A stretch of 64,000 bases of DNA from contig OX597814.1 of the NCBI GenBank assembly GCA_951406725.2, forward strand, positions 92,194,001 to 92,258,000. Reading direction: 5' to 3'. The first letter of the stretch is position 1. Each line of letters starts with the position of its first letter. Shown piece by piece: positions 59,501 to 64,000 of the stretch. Under the pieces are notes generated by a model, which had not been told where the DNA came from, did not search any database, and saw only the letters and a list, made by a program, of their open reading frames with translations. The stretch comes from Octopus vulgaris (Eukaryota). The position numbers and the translations under genes were made by a program.

Positions 59501-59820
59501 GAATTTCTCAGACGTGCGTATTTCTTATTTATGATAATATATATGTGGATGTATAGGCATATATAAGTTTTTCAATCCGAAGTCTAAGATCACTAGTTAA
59601 ACGGTAAAGTATTCCATATATATCAATATAGATTATATTAGTTTCATTCTAGGTATTAGCTTGACTGGTGTTTCAACTTTTCAAGTTTCGCAATTTCCTT
59701 CAAGTATCCCGAAGAAAAATCGTGACAGCTAAAATTCCGTGACGCTTTAGGTATATAGTTAACATCTCCATTTCTGTTTGTTAGTCCTTCGCTTATCCTT
59801 CTGTTTGTCTGTTTCTCTCC

Positions 59821-59934
<114 letters not shown>

Positions 59935-60334
59935 ATGAAATAAAAAGCGCAGCAGAAAGTGTTGCACAATTGAAATTGAAGGTGAGAACAGTAAAAACCT
60001 AAGTGAAGAATATATTAGAATAGCTGCTGCGTAGTTAGAGAATGGTTGAATATCTTGGATGGTAGTAGGAAAAAGAAATCTGCTACACTGTGCGTCAAAT
60101 AATCTGTACATTAACCGGAAGTATTCATGCTCTTTGATACCCCTAGAGAGAGATACACTCTTAGAACTGCCGAAACTTTCAATCGACAGCTGATGAAGGG
60201 ATGTTTCCATAGCGCAAGTGATATGTCAAACATTAAATAGACATACCTTTGTTTGTGTATATGTGTATATATACATATATATATGTGCGTGAGTGTGTAT
60301 ACACACACACACACACACACAATATATATATATA

Positions 60335-60415
<81 letters not shown>

Positions 60416-61189
60416 GTGTGTCTGTGTATATGTCTGTCTGTATGTGTGTTTGTGTATGAGCGTGTGGGCGTACGTGTAGCAATAAACTGTTAGAGGGCAA
60501 TTTTCCCCGGGCTGGCTTGTGTCTTGTCAGACAGTTACATGAAATGCTAGCTAAGAGCTATTACATATCTAAAGCTGTGGAGCACTTTGAAATCTGAAAA
60601 CAATGAAATGATTATTAGTGTGAACAGTACTTATTGCTAATTAAAAGCTTTAACAAAATATCAGAAAACTAACTTTAGTTGAATAAAAGAAAATCAAGCA
60701 GTTGTGTAAATATTGACTGATCGTGAATTTTGAGAGAAAATGATATTTCAACGTTAAAATGATGTAATGACATGTAATGAATCGAACCTTTGAATATTTC
60801 ATTTTTCTATATCTGAAATATAGAAAACTAAAAACAGAAATTTTAAAAGAAAATCAAAATTATATCTCAGAAGTAGCCTTTCAGATCTTGTTCCTGTAAT
60901 TAACTGCACATTGGTTATAGAATGTGTTGTGTAATATCAGAGAAATCGACTGAAATGAGTTAGTTAAAGGGAAATAAAATTTAAACCAAGGACTATTGTT
61001 GTCAGTTGACGTTATAATTAAATTGATTTGAATGACGTGTGAAATTAGTGTTAGGTGAAGATAGAGAGCAATAGTTTGAAAGTATTTAAACATCATTTTA
61101 CTCGAGTAGTTCAATAAGTAGGAAAGGAAAAGATTCATAACGATGTATTCCAAGTGTAATATTCCAATTAATAATACATAATGCCGCCA

Positions 61190-61430
61190 ACATTATGAAA
61201 CCACGAAAATTTGCAGGAATTGACAAAATCCCTTTAGAATTACTAAAACAAGTGGGACTAACACTTAAATTCGGGCTTTTCTCTGATTCTTTAAATTAGA
61301 AGGAACTGCTGAATCCCAAATGAATTTGCAGAGGCGGACAATTTTATCACGTAAAAAGAAAGCAGATGGAAAATGAGAATTATTGGCGGTTACAATTGCT
61401 TCCTACTATAGCAAAAATATCTCCAAGGAC
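61190..61430 (+). mobile_element. RTE-like LINE RT N-terminal fragment
   Basis: MKPRKFAGIDKIPLELLK...ENYWRLQLLPTIAKI. Confidence 0.5.
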
Positions 61431-61879
61431 CTTTCCGTCTGCAGACAGTGTTAGATTAGGGCAATTCGATATCGTAACCTAACAACAGCTTAAGATTCAA
61501 CACGCCTCCGAGTATATTTCAATGTTTTCTTTCTCGAGGTCTTCCACAAATCTCTTCTTTCCAACAAACTATTGTAATTATATCGGTGACATCCTGAAAT
61601 TTATTACTTTCCTTTTGGTTTTCGCTTTTCAACAAAACATTATATCACAGCAAATATCAAGAATTTTTCTTAGGATTCTTTGTAGTATAGGAGATAGCAT
61701 TTTTCTGCAGGTCAACAATGTGGGTTTCAATTCAAATCTCTTTTAGTCTTTTTAGGTTGCATTTTTGGCGTTGTGCCAAGTGAACTAATTTCTACAGGAA
61801 TAATCGTCGTCTTGGTCTTCTACAGTCCCCTGGCTGGATTCTGATATTTCTCAGTTTTTAAAATAACACTGACATTTCA

Positions 61880-62250
61880 TTTTAACAGATAGATGTACCA
61901 AAATTACATAAAAATATCTTGCAATACTAAAAGTAAATTTATTCAATAAAATCACCATTGCCTTCAACCACGGCCTTCACACACCTTCAGAATCTCCTGC
62001 AACCCTCCAGGGCGGTCTCCTTGTTTAAGTTGTGAATGCTGCCATAATCCTTGCCTTCAGTTTATCTTTGGTTTTACAAGTAGTTTTGTTGGTTTCTCAC
62101 TCAACTGTTCTTCACACATAATAATCAAGGTGGTTGCAGTCTGGAGAGTTAGATGGCCAGATGTTAGGGGTGATGTGGTCGCAGAAATTGTCTGACAGCC
62201 ATGACTGGGTTCTCCTACTTGTGTAACATGGTGCAGATCCACTAGCTATG
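61880..62250 (-). mobile_element. Tc1/mariner DD37D (maT-like) transposase C-terminal fragment
   Basis: SAPCYTSRRTQSWLSDNF.....WPSNSPDCNHLDYYV...LKARI...KAVVEGNGDFIE*. Confidence 0.75.
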
Positions 62251-64000
62251 AAACATATGTAGTTTAGGCTTTATTCTGCCATTCCCCAAACTTTGGATGT
62301 TTTTTCGCATATACATCAACCTCTGTTGCTAACTGTGAACTATGAAATTAAGTTTTTTCAGCTTACTGTACTTCCATTCGGGAAAAATTCACAAACTTCA
62401 GCGCCAATAAACCTCCATGGTACCTCAATTTTTTAAAATCTTCTACACATTGTTTGAAGCTTACTAACTTCCTATACCTTGATCCTTGGATCTTACTTCT
62501 ACACACACACACATACACATATAGCTGAAATTTGGCATAGTGGCAGATCTTGTCACGAAGCAGGTCATAGACAACGTGAAATTTCATAACATGGAAAATG
62601 TGACAGAGTTTATTGGGGTATGAATTACGCTGTGGAACCAGTCATATTTTACTAACTGTGTGAACGTAAATACAGACTTGCCTTGGTTGATCAATTGTAT
62701 GGATGAATAGTAGTCTCTCGGAGTCTGGGAAAGACGGTTTGGCAATTTATTACTGAAAAACCTGCATAGCTGATTAGTATGTAGTGATCAAATGTGCTCT
62801 ACATTAGTTCGCTCCCTCCATCATATGGAAGTTTCCTGAGCAGCTGCACGGCGTAACACAAGTCAGAAGTGGAAATGAGATGAAGTTTTTGTCCTCAAGA
62901 ACACAACGCCCCATCCGGCCAAGGAATTGAAACCACGATCTTGTGATCGTGAATGCAACATCCTGCTCTTCTAAAACATGCACACTCCTAACCAAATTTA
63001 TACCGTCTTACTATTCGCTACTTTGTGAATACATTTTTTAAGAGGTATTCTCATTTTCAGCACTCTATGTAATTATTAGTTTCCTTTATGCAGGCCACTT
63101 GTTACTTTATAATATTAATTTTATTGAATATATCAAATTATCAAAAAATACATTAGAGTAGCCTTTATACTTCTATGTATATAAATATGTATATAACACG
63201 CATATGTACATGAATATAGAACTTTGTACATATAGAGATCACTTTATACATATATAGACCGCAACATGTACATATATAAAAAAAAATTTTAAAGCATTTG
63301 TTTTGTTGAATACGATTAGTCTTTTTAGAAACAAAACATTCAGGAGAATGAAAAGCGAATACATTTTGTTTTTAAGAAAAATATTAATGTTAAATTTGTT
63401 TTCTTCTAAATATATTTCTATATAGCTCGCACGTACAATACCTATTTAGAAAATATTTGTCTCATTCTTTTAAAGCATGTGTGTATGTGAGTGCGTGCTT
63501 GCGTGGGTGTGCGTGTGTGCATATGAATATGTCTGGTTATGTGGAGGAGAAAAGCAATTATTCTTAATATATTCTGTGCTTTGGTATTCACAGCATTCGT
63601 CATGTATTACCTTAATGCTTCTTTGCTTTGTATATGCTAACTGTGAAGACAACACTCTATACATCTTTTGTTTTATATATATTTTGGATCAATTCAAAAT
63701 AATCATATTGATTACCTGGTGAATTACCAATTAAGTAAATTTGAATCGGTTTACTTTTACTCCTTATACATTTCGTGTACCTGTGTGCGCGTGTATACGT
63801 GTGCACCTGTGCAGACATAAATGAAAGAATGAATGAATAAAAGAAGGAAATCGGTATAGAAGGAAGAAAAAAACGAAGGTGAGAAGGAAGGAATGGGGAG
63901 GTGGGAAAGAAGGAAGGAAAGAATATCGCCCTCTTTATGCCTACAGATAAGAAGCATCAGAAACTACCACCGTTCTTCGCATCACTCGTTGCATGTTCAT

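Noticed and set aside
60140-60215. GAAAC followed by CTGATGAAGGG as a hammerhead
   Set aside because: The elements could not be assembled into a type I, II or III fold; it may be a decayed PLE LTR but this is unsupported.

Overview
AT-rich, microsatellite-dense animal genomic DNA. The SINE and microsatellite content looks most like an octopus or other cephalopod genome; this is an inference from recalled repeat families, not a database result. I found no supportable host protein-coding exon, rRNA, true tRNA or CRISPR array, so the window is probably intronic or intergenic and is packed with transposon remnants. These include Penelope-like retroelements (PLE; RT and GIY-YIG fragments), a young Tx1/L1-clade LINE, R4/Dong, CR1- and RTE-like LINEs, three or four tRNA-derived SINE families, two Tc1 elements, mariner/maT, MULE, hATm-like, Helitron and probable Crypton pieces. 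The main signals beyond routine annotation are four. (1) A set of type I hammerhead ribozyme (HHR) motifs: a well-formed one inside a non-coding 495-bp 1.4-mer tandem unit (28511-29198; retrozyme/circRNA-like) and a U3-A8 compensatory core variant duplicated in a 460-bp palindrome (7981-8440). (2) Three copies of a Tx1-clade LINE, each flanked on both sides by (GATA)n, suggesting a GATA-microsatellite-targeting retrotransposon whose 3' tail is shared with a SINE. (3) A double-palindrome rearrangement of a PLE endonuclease region (1371-2768), explainable by inverted re-integration of a ~0.7-kb circle or by an assembly artefact. (4) A 100-bp local templated insertion into a GATA tract. All alignments and folds were done by eye, and boundaries of degenerate elements are approximate.
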